DNA of 64,000 nucleotides. Source: an uncultured delta proteobacterium (GTDB lineage Bacteria > Myxococcota > Myxococcia > Myxococcales > Myxococcaceae). Position 1 is the first letter of the stretch. Every line of letters begins with the position of its first letter. Under the pieces are notes generated by a model. That model ran no database searches and was not told where the DNA came from. It was given only the letters and a program-made list of their open reading frames with translations. A program made the translations under genes and the position numbers. The stretch covers positions 192,001 through 256,000 of the forward strand of contig CAVZMH010000019.1 in NCBI GenBank assembly GCA_963776345.1, given 5' to 3'. Shown piece by piece: positions 40,856-50,558 of this stretch.

Positions 40856-42165
40856 GGGCGGACTCCTTCGACGGGTTGACCCGAGGCGTGCTCCAGCTCC
40901 GCCCGGGCGAGGCGGGCCTGCAGCGCGCTGCGCAGCAGTAGCGCCCGCGCCGAGGTCAGGCCAGTCTCGGCATCCAGCAGCTCGGTGAGTGGAATCAAGC
41001 CCTGGCGATGGCGCGCCTGGCGGAGCGTGCGGGTCTCCTCCGACGCCGTCACCGCGGTGCGGGCGGCCTCGAGCGCCGTGCCCGCGGCGGTGACCGAGGC
41101 CCTCGCCTGCTCCAGCTCGGCGTTCAGCATCCGGTCCTGCGCGACCCGCCGGGCCTCCGCGGCCGCGCGGGCGGCGTCGGCGGCGTCCGCCGCCTTGAAG
41201 CTCGCGACGGAACCTCGCCACTGGAGGACCAGGAAGCCCATTCCCCAGACGTTTCCCTCGTTGACGCCGGCGCGCTCGGTGGCCACCCCGCCCTGCAGCG
41301 CCAGGGTGGGCCAGAGCAGTCCGTGGGCCTCGTCCGCGGCGGCGACCTGGACGGCCACGTTGGCGCGCGCCGCCTTCGCCTCGGGACGCTCCTCGACCGA
41401 GGCCTCGGCCTGGGCCTCCGGCGGGACCAGCGGAGTCACCAGCGTCCCGGGCGCGGCGTCCTGCCCGACGAGGAGCATGAACCCGGTCCGGGCCTGGGCG
41501 AGCTGGCGCATCGCCGCCGCGCGCTCGGCCTCGGCCTGCGCCCGGTAGGCGGTGCTCCGCGAGCCCTCGGAGGCCAGCAGGAGGTCCTGCGCGACGCGGG
41601 CGTGGACGAAGGTCTCGGTCTCGCGCGCCGCCCGCACGGCGTCGTCGGCGTAGGCCAGCGCCTCCTCGGCCGCGCGGACGGAGAAGTAGGCCCGGAGCGT
41701 CTCCAGCGCGACCTGGGCCTGCATCACCTCCCGCGAGGCCTGCTCGGCGTCGGCGCCGGCGTGGGCCCGTCGGCTCGCCGCCCAGAGCGCGGGCGCGATG
41801 AGCGGCTGCTCCACCACGGCCGAGAGGCCGAAGCTGCCGAGCGCGGTGGGGGTGTTGAGCCGGGCGGGATCGAAGTCGGACGCCGTCACCTGGCCCTGGT
41901 CCAGGAGGAGCGCGAACCGGTGCGAGGGCTGGGAGGTGACGGTCCCCGTCGCCCCGAGGACGACGGTGGGTCCGAGGGACCAGTCCGCCGCCTCGGCGCC
42001 GCGGGTGGCGGAGGTGGCCTGGGCGGAGGAGGCCTGGAGCCGGGCCTCGTGGTTCCAGGCGGAGCGGATGGCATCGGTGACGGTCAGCTCCGGCGCGGCG
42101 AGCGCGGCCGGGGACGCGAGGAGCCCGGCGAGCAGGAGCCCGGAGGTGGTGGCGCGAGGTGTCAT
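40852..42165 (-). CDS. TolC family outer-membrane efflux protein
   Basis: Signal peptide, helical repeats, 'RHRQGLIPLTELLDAE'. First gene of the TolC-MFP-RND operon. Confidence 0.85.
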   Translation of the reverse strand: MTPRATTSGLLLAGLLASPAALAAPELTVTDAIRSAWNHEARLQASSAQATSATRGAEAADWSLGPTVVLGATGTVTSQPSHRFALLLDQGQVTASDFDPARLNTPTALGSFGLSAVVEQPLIAPALWAASRRAHAGADAEQASREVMQAQVALETLRAYFSVRAAEEALAYADDAVRAARETETFVHARVAQDLLLASEGSRSTAYRAQAEAERAAAMRQLAQARTGFMLLVGQDAAPGTLVTPLVPPEAQAEASVEERPEAKAARANVAVQVAAADEAHGLLWPTLALQGGVATERAGVNEGNVWGMGFLVLQWRGSVASFKAADAADAARAAAEARRVAQDRMLNAELEQARASVTAAGTALEAARTAVTASEETRTLRQARHRQGLIPLTELLDAETGLTSARALLLRSALQARLARAELEHASGQPVEGVRP

Positions 42166-42175
42166 GGGCGCCGGC

Positions 42176-42246
42176 TGAGAGCCGGGACCGCCCCCGGAGA
42201 TTCGCGCCCGGCTGCGGGAACCCTCCAGGCCCCGGCCCGGCTCTCA
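42176..42246. promoter_or_regulatory. Back-to-back ECF-type promoters
   Basis: Minus strand GAATCT-N15-GCTCTCA (42203-42176) points to tolC. Plus strand GAACCC-N16-GCTCTCA (42218-42246). Confidence 0.55.
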
Positions 42247-42323
42247 GGTCCGGGAGCTCGGCGAGCCGGGACGGTCCGGCGGTCCGGACCCGTGCGTCGT
42301 TTCCCCCTCGACGCAGGTCCGTC

Positions 42324-42479
42324 TCAGAGGACCGCGCCGTTCCGGCCCCGGGCGCCCTCCATGACCGGACGTAGCGCCGCCAGCCCGAGCATCGCCACCG
42401 CGAGCGGGCGGGCCCGGGGCCGGGAGGCGCGCCAGCGGGCGGCGACCACGCCCACCGCGACGTGTCCGAGCGTGGCCAT
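42324..42479 (-). pseudogene. Truncated N-terminus of a YdjM-like metal-dependent hydrolase
   Basis: 'MATLGHVAVGVVAAR...AMLGLAAL' resembles the start of that family but stops after 51 aa. Start is coupled to the upstream stop. Confidence 0.4.
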
Positions 42480-42922
42480 CAGCGGCGCACGAGGCCGCGC
42501 TCGAGCCGCTCCACGACGCCGAGGAGCGCGGGCCGGTCCACGCGCCCCCCGGTCGCCTCGGAGAGCGCGAGCAGCTGCTCGAGCACCCAGCGCGACACGA
42601 GGAGGAGCAAGGGGCGCTCCCGCTCGGGGATGCCGGCCTCCTGGTACCGCCGGTTGCGCATGTAGTCGTCGTAGGCCTCGTGCTCCCGTCCCAGCTCCCA
42701 GCGGACGAGCCGGAGCGCCGCGGAGAAGACCGCCGGCGAGGGACGGGGCGCCTCTGGCCCGAGGAGCGCGGCCACGCCGGCTCCGGTCCGCTGGTCGATC
42801 TCCTCGACGGGGAGCGGCCAGCGTCCGAGCTCGTCGAGGAGCAGCCGCGCCGCCTCGGCTAGCAGATGTTGCTGCAGAGGCACCGGCTTCTGGTCGAGGA
42901 TGCGCTCCCAGCGATTGCTCAC
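42479..42922 (-). CDS. Hypothetical protein
   Basis: GTG after GGAGG, typical codon usage, 'MSNRWERILDQKP...'. Confidence 0.7.
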   Translation of the reverse strand: MSNRWERILDQKPVPLQQHLLAEAARLLLDELGRWPLPVEEIDQRTGAGVAALLGPEAPRPSPAVFSAALRLVRWELGREHEAYDDYMRNRRYQEAGIPERERPLLLLVSRWVLEQLLALSEATGGRVDRPALLGVVERLERGLVRR

Positions 42923-43071
42923 TGCCCCACCTCCGGACGACGCACGCTGGCCACGGGAGCCCCCAGCGTGTCCATGGCTGCGGTCCGCCGTCCAGTCCCC
43001 GGGCGAGTGTTTCCCGCGCGTCACGTGGGCGACCGCTTGCGCCGCTCCCCCGCGCGAGGGACAGATCCCCC

Positions 43072-44559
43072 ATGCCCGACGCACGCAGCCTGACGCCCCG
43101 GCTCCCCGAGCCCAAGCTCCTGATCGACGGTGAATCGGTGTCTCCGGCTGACGGCGGGACTCTCCCCATCACCAACCCCGCGACCGGGGAGACCTTCTTC
43201 CACGCCCCCGCGGCGGGCATCGCCGACGTGGACAAGGCCGTCCACGCCGCGCGCCGGGCGTTCGAGTCCGGCCCCTGGTCCCGGATGAGCCCCGGCGCCC
43301 GGGGCAAGCTGGTGCGCAAGCTGGCCGAGGCGCTGTGGGAGCGGCGGGAGGAGTTCGCGCTGGTCGGCTCGCTGGAGAACGGGAAGACGTTCGGCGAGGC
43401 CATCCGCGGCGACGTCGCGCCGGGGAGCGCCACCCTGGCCTACGCCTCCGAGTGGTCGAACAAGATGGCTGGCGAGGTGCTCCCCGTCGACGGGAGCTTC
43501 CTCACCTACGTGCTGCGCGAGCCGCTGGGCGTGGTGGCCGCCATCGTCCCCTGGAACTACCCGACCTGCCTCGCCTGCTGGAAGCTCGGGCCCGCGCTGT
43601 CCACCGGCTGCACCGTCATCCTCAAGCCCAGCGAGCTGACGCCGCTCACCGCGCTGAAGCTCGGCGAGCTGGCGCGCGAGGTGGGGTTCCCGCCCGGGGT
43701 GCTCAACGTGCTCCCCGGCTACGGCGCCCCCACCGGCGAGGCGCTGGCCCGTCACCCGGACGTGGACAAGATCGCCTTCACCGGCTCGGTGCGCACCGCG
43801 CGGCGGCTGCTGCACGCCTCGGCGGACACCAATCTGAAGAAGCTCACCCTCGAGCTGGGCGGGAAGAGCCCCCAGGTCATCTTCGCCGACGCCGACCTGG
43901 GCCGCGCGGTCGAGGCCTGCTTCTGGGGCATCTTCGGGAACAAGGGCGAGGTCTGCAACGCCGGCAGCCGGGTGCTGGTGCACGCCCGGGCGCACGACGC
44001 GTTCGTGGAGAAGCTGGTGACCCGGGCCCGGCAGATGGTGGTCGGCGACCCGCTCGACGCGCGCACCGAGATGGGGGCCCAGGTGAGCGCGCACCAGCTG
44101 GAGACCATCCTCGGCTACGTCGAGTCCGGGAAGAGCGAGGGCGCCACCCTGGCCTGCGGCGGCGAGCGCGACCGCGAGGGCCTCAAGGCCAGGGGCAACT
44201 TCCTCAAGCCCACCGTCTTCGTGGACGTGCAGCCCCACATGCGCATCGCCCAGGAGGAGATCTTCGGCCCGGTGCTCTCGGTGATGCGCTTCGAGGACGA
44301 GGCACAGGCGCTGCGGGTGGCCAACGGGACCTCGTACGGGCTCGCGGCGAGCATCTGGACGCGCGACGTGGCCCGGGCCCATGCCCTGGCGAGGAAGGTG
44401 CAGGCCGGCGTGGTGTGGATCAACTGCTTCAACGAGTTCGACGACGCGGCGCCCTTCGGCGGCTACAAGGAGTCCGGCTGGGGCCGCGACCTCTCCGCGC
44501 ACGCGCTGGAGAACTACACCCAGCTGAAGACGATCTGGACGCACCTCCCGGAGGTCTGA
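43072..44559 (+). CDS. Aldehyde dehydrogenase (PuuC/betaine-aldehyde-DH-like)
   Basis: 'PWNYP', 'FTGS', 'LELGGKSP', 'GEVCNAGSR', 'PFGGYKESG'. Confidence 0.92.
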   Translation: MPDARSLTPRLPEPKLLIDGESVSPADGGTLPITNPATGETFFHAPAAGIADVDKAVHAARRAFESGPWSRMSPGARGKLVRKLAEALWERREEFALVGSLENGKTFGEAIRGDVAPGSATLAYASEWSNKMAGEVLPVDGSFLTYVLREPLGVVAAIVPWNYPTCLACWKLGPALSTGCTVILKPSELTPLTALKLGELAREVGFPPGVLNVLPGYGAPTGEALARHPDVDKIAFTGSVRTARRLLHASADTNLKKLTLELGGKSPQVIFADADLGRAVEACFWGIFGNKGEVCNAGSRVLVHARAHDAFVEKLVTRARQMVVGDPLDARTEMGAQVSAHQLETILGYVESGKSEGATLACGGERDREGLKARGNFLKPTVFVDVQPHMRIAQEEIFGPVLSVMRFEDEAQALRVANGTSYGLAASIWTRDVARAHALARKVQAGVVWINCFNEFDDAAPFGGYKESGWGRDLSAHALENYTQLKTIWTHLPEV

Positions 44560-44562
44560 GCC

Positions 44563-45984
44563 ATGCCCCGCGCCGCCGGCCGTGCGACCCGAGCCACCGC
44601 CCGTGCTCCCAGGCAGGTCCGGACACCAGTGGATCCGGTGGAGCCGGTGCTGCGCTGGCTGGCCGACCACCGCGCGACCCAGGTGAAGATCGCCGGGGTC
44701 GACCTCGACGGGGTGCTGCGGGGCAAGTACGTCAGCCTGGACAAGTTCGCCTCGGTGGCCCGCGCGGGCCTGGGGTTCTGCGACGTGGTCTTCGGCTGGG
44801 ACCTCGCCGACGAGCTCTACGACAACGCCCGGGTCACCGGCTGGCACACCGGCTATCCGGACCTCCAGGCGCGGGTCGACCTCTCCACGGCGCGGATGAT
44901 TCCCTGGGAGCCGGCCACCGCCGCCTTCCTGCTCGACTTCGTGATGCCCGACGGCTCGGACTACGCCCCGAGCCCCCGGGCGCTGCTCCGGCGGGTGGGG
45001 CAGAAGGCGAGGGCGCTGGGCTTCCTCCCCAAGTTCGGGAGCGAGTACGAGTTCTTCATCTTCCGCGAGACGCCCGCCTCGCTGCGGGCCAAGGGCTTCC
45101 AGCAGCTCGAGCCGCTCACCCCGGGGATGTTCGGCTACTCCTGGCTCCGCACCTCGCAGAACTCGGACCTGGTCCACGCGCTGCTCGACGGGTGCAATGC
45201 CTTCGGGCTCGAGGTCGAGGGGTTCCACACCGAGACCGGCCCCGGGGTGTACGAGGCCGCCCTTCGCTACGACGTGCTGGAGCCGGCGGCAGACATGGCG
45301 GTGCTCTTCAAGTCGGCGGTGAAGGAGATCTGCGCCCGGGCCGGGCTCACCGCCTGCTTCATGTCCAAGCCCAGCGCCCGGCTCCCCGGGTGCTCGGGAC
45401 ACGTGCACCAGTCGCTGTGGAGCCTGGACGGGAGCCGCAACGCCTTCCACGAACCGCGGGCGACCCGCGGGATGTCGCGGACCCTGCGGCACTACCTCGG
45501 CGGGCAGCTGAAGCTGATGCCCGAGCTGACCGCGCTCTACTGGCCCACCATCAACAGCTACAAGCGCAGCGTGGAGAACACCTGGGCCCCGACCGCGGCG
45601 AGCTGGGGACGCGAGAACCGCACCTGCGCGCTGCGGGTCATCGGCACCGACCCGAAGAGCACGCGGGTGGAGTTCCGGCTGCTCGGCGCGGACATGAACC
45701 CCTACGTGGGCATGGCCGCCTCGCTGGCCTCCGGCCTCTGGGGCATCGAGCACCAGGTCGAGCCGGGAGAGCCGGTGACGGGAAACGCCTACCGGAGCGA
45801 TGCCGCCCCGCTGCCGCGCAACCTGCGCGACGCCATCACCCTCCTCGACCGGAGCACCGTCGCCCGGGAGCTGCTGGGCGAGGAGTTCGTCGATCACTAC
45901 CTCCGCACTCGCACCTGGGAGGTCCGGCAGTACGAGCGCGCCGTGACCACCTGGGAGCTGGAGCGATACTTCGAGCTCGCCTGA
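44563..45984 (+). CDS. Glutamine synthetase-like gamma-glutamyl-amine ligase (PuuA-like)
   Basis: 'DLDGVLRGK', 'HTETGPGVYE', 'GCSGHVHQSL', 'WGRENRT', 'RVEFR...ADMNPY'. Confidence 0.88.
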   Translation: MPRAAGRATRATARAPRQVRTPVDPVEPVLRWLADHRATQVKIAGVDLDGVLRGKYVSLDKFASVARAGLGFCDVVFGWDLADELYDNARVTGWHTGYPDLQARVDLSTARMIPWEPATAAFLLDFVMPDGSDYAPSPRALLRRVGQKARALGFLPKFGSEYEFFIFRETPASLRAKGFQQLEPLTPGMFGYSWLRTSQNSDLVHALLDGCNAFGLEVEGFHTETGPGVYEAALRYDVLEPAADMAVLFKSAVKEICARAGLTACFMSKPSARLPGCSGHVHQSLWSLDGSRNAFHEPRATRGMSRTLRHYLGGQLKLMPELTALYWPTINSYKRSVENTWAPTAASWGRENRTCALRVIGTDPKSTRVEFRLLGADMNPYVGMAASLASGLWGIEHQVEPGEPVTGNAYRSDAAPLPRNLRDAITLLDRSTVARELLGEEFVDHYLRTRTWEVRQYERAVTTWELERYFELA

Positions 45985-45986
45985 CC

Positions 45987-47177
45987 ATGGAAACGCCCTT
46001 CTTCGACCTGCCGGCCACGCCGCGCGTCACCGTGATGTCCTGGCCCACCCGCATCGTGCTCGGGCCGGGCGCCCTGAAGCGGCTGCCGGACGAGGTGCGG
46101 CGGCTCGGGCTGCGCCGCCCCCTGCTGGTGACCGACGCCGGGGTGGTGAAGGCCGGGCTGGTCGACCGGGTGCTGGCGGTGCTCGGCGAGGCGGGCATCG
46201 TCCACGTGCTCTTCGACCACGTCACCCCGGATCCGACGGAGCCGGACGTCTTCGCCGGGCTGGAGGCCTACCGGAGCGGCGGCTGCGACGGCATCGTCGC
46301 CCTCGGCGGCGGCAGCCCGCTGGACGCCGCGAAGCTGGTGCAGCTCCTCACCACCCATCCGCCCCCGCTCAGCCGCTACGACGACGCGACCGGCGGAGAC
46401 CGGTTCGTCACCCATCCGCTTCCCCCGCTGATCGCCATCCCCACCACCGCCGGGACCGGGAGCGAGGTGAGCCGGAGCGGCGTCGCCTTCCTCCAGGACA
46501 CCGGGCGAAAGACGGTCATCTTCGCGCCGGCGCTGCTGCCGCGCGCCGCGATCTGCGATCCGGAGCTGACCTACGGGCTGCCCCCGCGGGCCACGGCGGC
46601 GACGGGGCTCGACGCCTTCACCCACTGCCTCGAGGCCTACCTGAGCAACGGGTTCCACCCGCTCGCCGACGCGGTGGCCATCGACGGCATCGCCCGGGTG
46701 GCGCGCGCGCTCCCGGTGGTGATGCAGGAGCCGACCCATCTCCAGGCCCGGATGGACATGATGATCGCCGCGATGGAGGGGGCGATGGCGTTCCAGAAGG
46801 GGCTGGGGAACGCGCACGCGCTGGCGCATGCGCTCACCCCGGTCGCCGGGCTCCACCACGGGCTGGCCAACGCGGTGGTGCTACCGTCGGTGATGGCGTT
46901 CAACCGCGGCTCGGCGCGGGCGCGGCTGGCGTGCGTGGCGGTGGCGATGGGGGAACCGTCGGGCGCCTCGGACGAGGTGCTCGCCGGACTGGCCATCGAG
47001 CGGGTGCGCACGCTGGTCTCGGACGCGGGGCTGCCCACGCGGCTGTCCGACGCGGGGGTGAAGGAGGCGGACCTCGAGCGCATCGCCGCGCTCGCCTTCC
47101 GCGACGCCTCGCACCAGGGAAATCCCAGGCCGACCACCGAGGCCGACCTGCTCGACATCGCCCGCGCGGCGCTCTGA
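45987..47177 (+). CDS. Iron-containing alcohol dehydrogenase
   Basis: 'GGGSPLD', 'PTTAGTGSE', 'DAFTHCLE', 'HALAH...HHGLAN'. Confidence 0.92.
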   Translation: METPFFDLPATPRVTVMSWPTRIVLGPGALKRLPDEVRRLGLRRPLLVTDAGVVKAGLVDRVLAVLGEAGIVHVLFDHVTPDPTEPDVFAGLEAYRSGGCDGIVALGGGSPLDAAKLVQLLTTHPPPLSRYDDATGGDRFVTHPLPPLIAIPTTAGTGSEVSRSGVAFLQDTGRKTVIFAPALLPRAAICDPELTYGLPPRATAATGLDAFTHCLEAYLSNGFHPLADAVAIDGIARVARALPVVMQEPTHLQARMDMMIAAMEGAMAFQKGLGNAHALAHALTPVAGLHHGLANAVVLPSVMAFNRGSARARLACVAVAMGEPSGASDEVLAGLAIERVRTLVSDAGLPTRLSDAGVKEADLERIAALAFRDASHQGNPRPTTEADLLDIARAAL

Positions 47178-47258
47178 GCGCCGCCCAGGTCGAGCTCAGT
47201 CCCCCGCACCAGGGGGACGCCTGGGAGGACCGGCGCAGGGGCGCCGGGTCGATGAGGC

Positions 47259-47765
47259 TCAGCCCCCCGGCCGGTTCGTCGCCGCCGGCGAAGACGGGCC
47301 CGGGACCAGCGCTCCCGGCCTCGGCTCGTTCGTCTCGCTGGGGATGAAGTCGATCGTCTCCACCACCACCTTGCCCGGCAACCGGAAGTCGATCGGCTTG
47401 AAGCTCGGGCTGGCCATCTCGTTGAGCTGGTTGGCCACGCTGGCGGCCTCCAGCCGCTGGTCGGAGAAGAAGATGTGGATCTTCACCGGACCCTCCTCGG
47501 CCGGGATGCGGTACGCCTGCCCGAGCACCGGATCTCCGGCGGGACATCTCACCGAGACGTTGCTCTTGCTCATGGTGAGCTGACGGACGACGCCCTTCCC
47601 CGAGTGGGTGAACACCAGGCAGTACTCCATCTGGCCCTCGCCGGGGACGAACTGGACGGTGTCCCCGGAGATACGCCGGAGCTCCATGCGCTGCGTCGGC
47701 ACACCCGAGCGGGCGCATGCGACCAGCGCCAGAGCGACTCCGGCCACGACATGACGGCTGTTCAC
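47259..47765 (-). CDS. Hypothetical lipoprotein
   Basis: Lipobox LVAC, GTG after GGGGAG, typical codon usage. Confidence 0.65.
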   Translation of the reverse strand: MNSRHVVAGVALALVACARSGVPTQRMELRRISGDTVQFVPGEGQMEYCLVFTHSGKGVVRQLTMSKSNVSVRCPAGDPVLGQAYRIPAEEGPVKIHIFFSDQRLEAASVANQLNEMASPSFKPIDFRLPGKVVVETIDFIPSETNEPRPGALVPGPSSPAATNRPGG

Positions 47766-47787
47766 GACTCTCCCCTTTCCCGCAGCC

Positions 47788-49620
47788 TCAGCGCGGCTGT
47801 CGCGCCGCGCGTCGGTAGACGACCACCTGCGGCGTCTCGTCGAGGTACAGGCCCGTCGAGGGAACCCACGTCCCGAAGGCCTGCCAGACCAGGACCTCCT
47901 GCTCGCGGAACTCCTGGTGGTACTGGACGGCGGCGAGGTCCGCGTCCTCGGGGCCGCCTGCAGGCACAACGTCCGAACGCAGCATCGCATTGCGCTGGTA
48001 ATCGCGGAAGGAGAGCCCGTTCACCTCGTGAAGCCACACCCGCGCACCTGCCGGCGCGCTCGCGTCGATCCAGGGGAGCACGCCGGTGACATTGTTGCTC
48101 CAGTACTGACGCTGGAGCCCGAGGCTCGCCGCGCCGGGAGCTCCGCCTGCCAGCTCGCCATAGGCCGACGTGCCGTACGGGTGCACATGGACGGTCAGCG
48201 TGAGCGCCGGAAGCAGGACCACTGATGCGAAGGTGATGCTGGCGATCATGCCATGTCGCACCGGGAGCCTCGTCGCCGCCGCCAGCCCGCCGGCCGCGCG
48301 GTCGAACTCCCGGCCGGCGAGGAGCGCGAGGAACGGCATCGAGGGAAGCCAGTGCTTCACCCCGCCGAAGTGCGGCACGTCGGGGAGGCTGATGAGGAGG
48401 ATGGAGAAGAGCGCGTTGACGCCGAGCAGCCACTCGGTCCCGCCGCCGCGCCCCACGCGGCGCCCGAGCGCCGGCACGAGGTCGCCGAGCGTCCGCGCCC
48501 CCGTGCGGAGCAGCCCCACGCCCATCGGCAGGAGCAGCGAGACGGGGAGGGTGAGCGCGGTGACCACGAAGACGTAGGGCAGCGGGAACGGCGGCGCGCG
48601 CAGCACCTCGCCGAGGTAGGTCCAGGCGTAGTGGACGTGCGTGGCGTGGAAGTCGAAGTACCAGGCCAGCCGGTCCACCGGATGGAGCCAGAGCCAGGGC
48701 CAGTGCAGGTAGAAGACCGCCGGGCCGACGAGCCCCATCGCCACCAGCGGGGCCACCCGGAGGAAGGCCGCCGTGTCGCGCGCGCGCAGCTGCCCGGCGA
48801 GCGTCGCCAGGCCGGCGACGAGCGCCACCACGCCGAAGGTCTGCGGCGACAGCAGGCCCCACGACTGCACCAGCCCGCGCCGCCCGTTCACCATCAGGAG
48901 CAGGAGCAGGAAGCCGAGAAAGGCGACCGCGCTCTCGCCCATCCGGACCAGGAGGCGACGTCCCTCCGCTCCGGCGACCCGCCACGCGGCGAGAACGCCG
49001 AACGGGGTGAGCACCAGCGGGAGGAAGAAGGCGTTGTGCTTGGTGGCGAGCGCCAGGCCGAAGGCGAGCCCGGTCCAGGGCGCGAAGCGCAGGTCCTCCT
49101 CGGCGCGCCAGAAGAGGTACACCACCAGGAGCCACATCGCCGCCACCGGCATGTCGAAGCAGGCGAGATGGGCGTGAAAGAAGTGGCGGGGAACGAGGAA
49201 GAACGAGACGGCGGCGAAGACTCCGGCCCGCCGGCCCCACAGCGCCGAGCCCCAGGCGTGGAGCAGCGCCGGGATGAGCGCGGCGACGGCGAACGCCGGC
49301 AGCCGGAAGCCGGCCGCGGGCCGGACCCACCCGAGCATCGAGTGGAAGAGCGCGTGCGACCATCCGAAGAGCGACTTCATGAGCATCGGGTGCTCGTGGT
49401 TGAAGTCGAAGGCCTGCGAGATGGCCGCGTCGCTCAGCGCCGCCGCCGGGCGATGGAAGAGGAGCGTCCACCAGCGGGAGAACTGCTCCGCCGCCGCGAA
49501 GTAGACGCTCTCGTCGCGGACGAAGCCCACCGGGCGCTCGGTGGCCCAGAGCACCGCGAAGGTGACCAGTCCGAGCCCGAGCGCGATGCGCCGGTCCGTC
49601 GGTGTGGGCGCCCGGCTCAC
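47788..49620 (-). CDS. GT-C fold glycosyltransferase (GT39/ArnT/PMT-like)
   Basis: 'VRDESVY', 'NHEHPMLMK', 'ACFDMP', 'LALATKHNA', many TM helices. GTG at 49620 overlaps the upstream stop. Confidence 0.82.
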   Translation of the reverse strand: MSRAPTPTDRRIALGLGLVTFAVLWATERPVGFVRDESVYFAAAEQFSRWWTLLFHRPAAALSDAAISQAFDFNHEHPMLMKSLFGWSHALFHSMLGWVRPAAGFRLPAFAVAALIPALLHAWGSALWGRRAGVFAAVSFFLVPRHFFHAHLACFDMPVAAMWLLVVYLFWRAEEDLRFAPWTGLAFGLALATKHNAFFLPLVLTPFGVLAAWRVAGAEGRRLLVRMGESAVAFLGFLLLLLMVNGRRGLVQSWGLLSPQTFGVVALVAGLATLAGQLRARDTAAFLRVAPLVAMGLVGPAVFYLHWPWLWLHPVDRLAWYFDFHATHVHYAWTYLGEVLRAPPFPLPYVFVVTALTLPVSLLLPMGVGLLRTGARTLGDLVPALGRRVGRGGGTEWLLGVNALFSILLISLPDVPHFGGVKHWLPSMPFLALLAGREFDRAAGGLAAATRLPVRHGMIASITFASVVLLPALTLTVHVHPYGTSAYGELAGGAPGAASLGLQRQYWSNNVTGVLPWIDASAPAGARVWLHEVNGLSFRDYQRNAMLRSDVVPAGGPEDADLAAVQYHQEFREQEVLVWQAFGTWVPSTGLYLDETPQVVVYRRAARQPR

Positions 49621-50526
49621 GGCGGCGCCCCCAGTCCGCGGAGGCGGACGCAGACCTGGCGGTCCTGCGGGTTGCCGGTCTGCACCCGGAGGGTCCACGG
49701 GCCGGGCGCCGAGGAGGGCGACTCGCCGCGGACGAAGCCCTCGTGTGCGCCGGGGACTCTCAGGATCAGCGCGCCGGCAGGGCTGTCGAGCCGGAGCTGC
49801 ACGTCGGCGCGCCCGGCGAGCCAGGCGTGCTCCCAGGTGACGCCCGCCTCGAGGAGCAGCGCATCTGCCGGCGGCGCCTCGGGTAGCCGGACGGCGAGCG
49901 TGCGTCCACCGCTCGGTGGTACCAGGAAGAGACAGCGCACCGGCTGGTACAGCACCTCGTGCCAGGCCACCTCCACCGTGGCGTCGAAGGGACAGAGCAC
50001 GCGCGCCCCGGCGCGCTGGCAGGGCAGGGGCGCCGCGCCGGGCCCCTCGACCGTCACCTCGAGGCGGTCGAAGGCGTCCACCGCGGAGAGGAGCGACCGT
50101 GCGCGCCCGGCCGTTCCGGTACGGGGTCAAGGTGAGCGGCCCGAACTGGCGCAGCGCTCCGAGGGGCGTGCGGTCGGGAAGGAAGTGCCGGCGGAAGTCC
50201 GCGTCCGGCGTCCGGGGAAGCCGCTCGTTGGCCAGCACCCAGATGCGGGGGTGGGCGACCAGGTCGTCGGCGGTGTCTCCGAGGTACCCCACCACCGGGA
50301 GGTCCGGCGGGAGGAAGAGCCGGGCGCGCTCCGTCCACCAGGGGTGCAGGAGCACCACGTCGCCCGGCGCGCGCGCGCTCGCCAGCGCCTCCGCCACCGC
50401 GCGGTAGTCCGCGTCGGAGGGAAAGGCGCGAGGCAGTTGCAGCTGGAACCCGAGGCCGAGCAGCGCCACGAGCACCAGCGCCAGCGCGGGCGCGGCGGTG
50501 CGAAATCTGTGGGCCGTCTCGTTCAC
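49617..50526 (-). CDS. Membrane-anchored hypothetical protein, frameshifted near 50095
   Basis: The N-terminal half (frame of ORF 47788..50526) continues sensibly as ORF 49617..50081 after a frame change. Confidence 0.55.
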
Positions 50527-50558
50527 GCCGGCGGCAGACGCTTTAGCATCCCGGTGCC

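Noticed and set aside
41008..47177. 1183-aa and 1280-aa plus-strand ORFs as giant dehydrogenases
   Set aside because: Only the C-terminal parts (from 43072 and 45987) are real. The upstream extensions overlap other genes.
47788..50526. 912-aa ORF read as one fused glycosyltransferase
   Set aside because: The middle section is out-of-frame Arg/Ala-rich text. Two genes plus a frameshift near 50095 explain it better.
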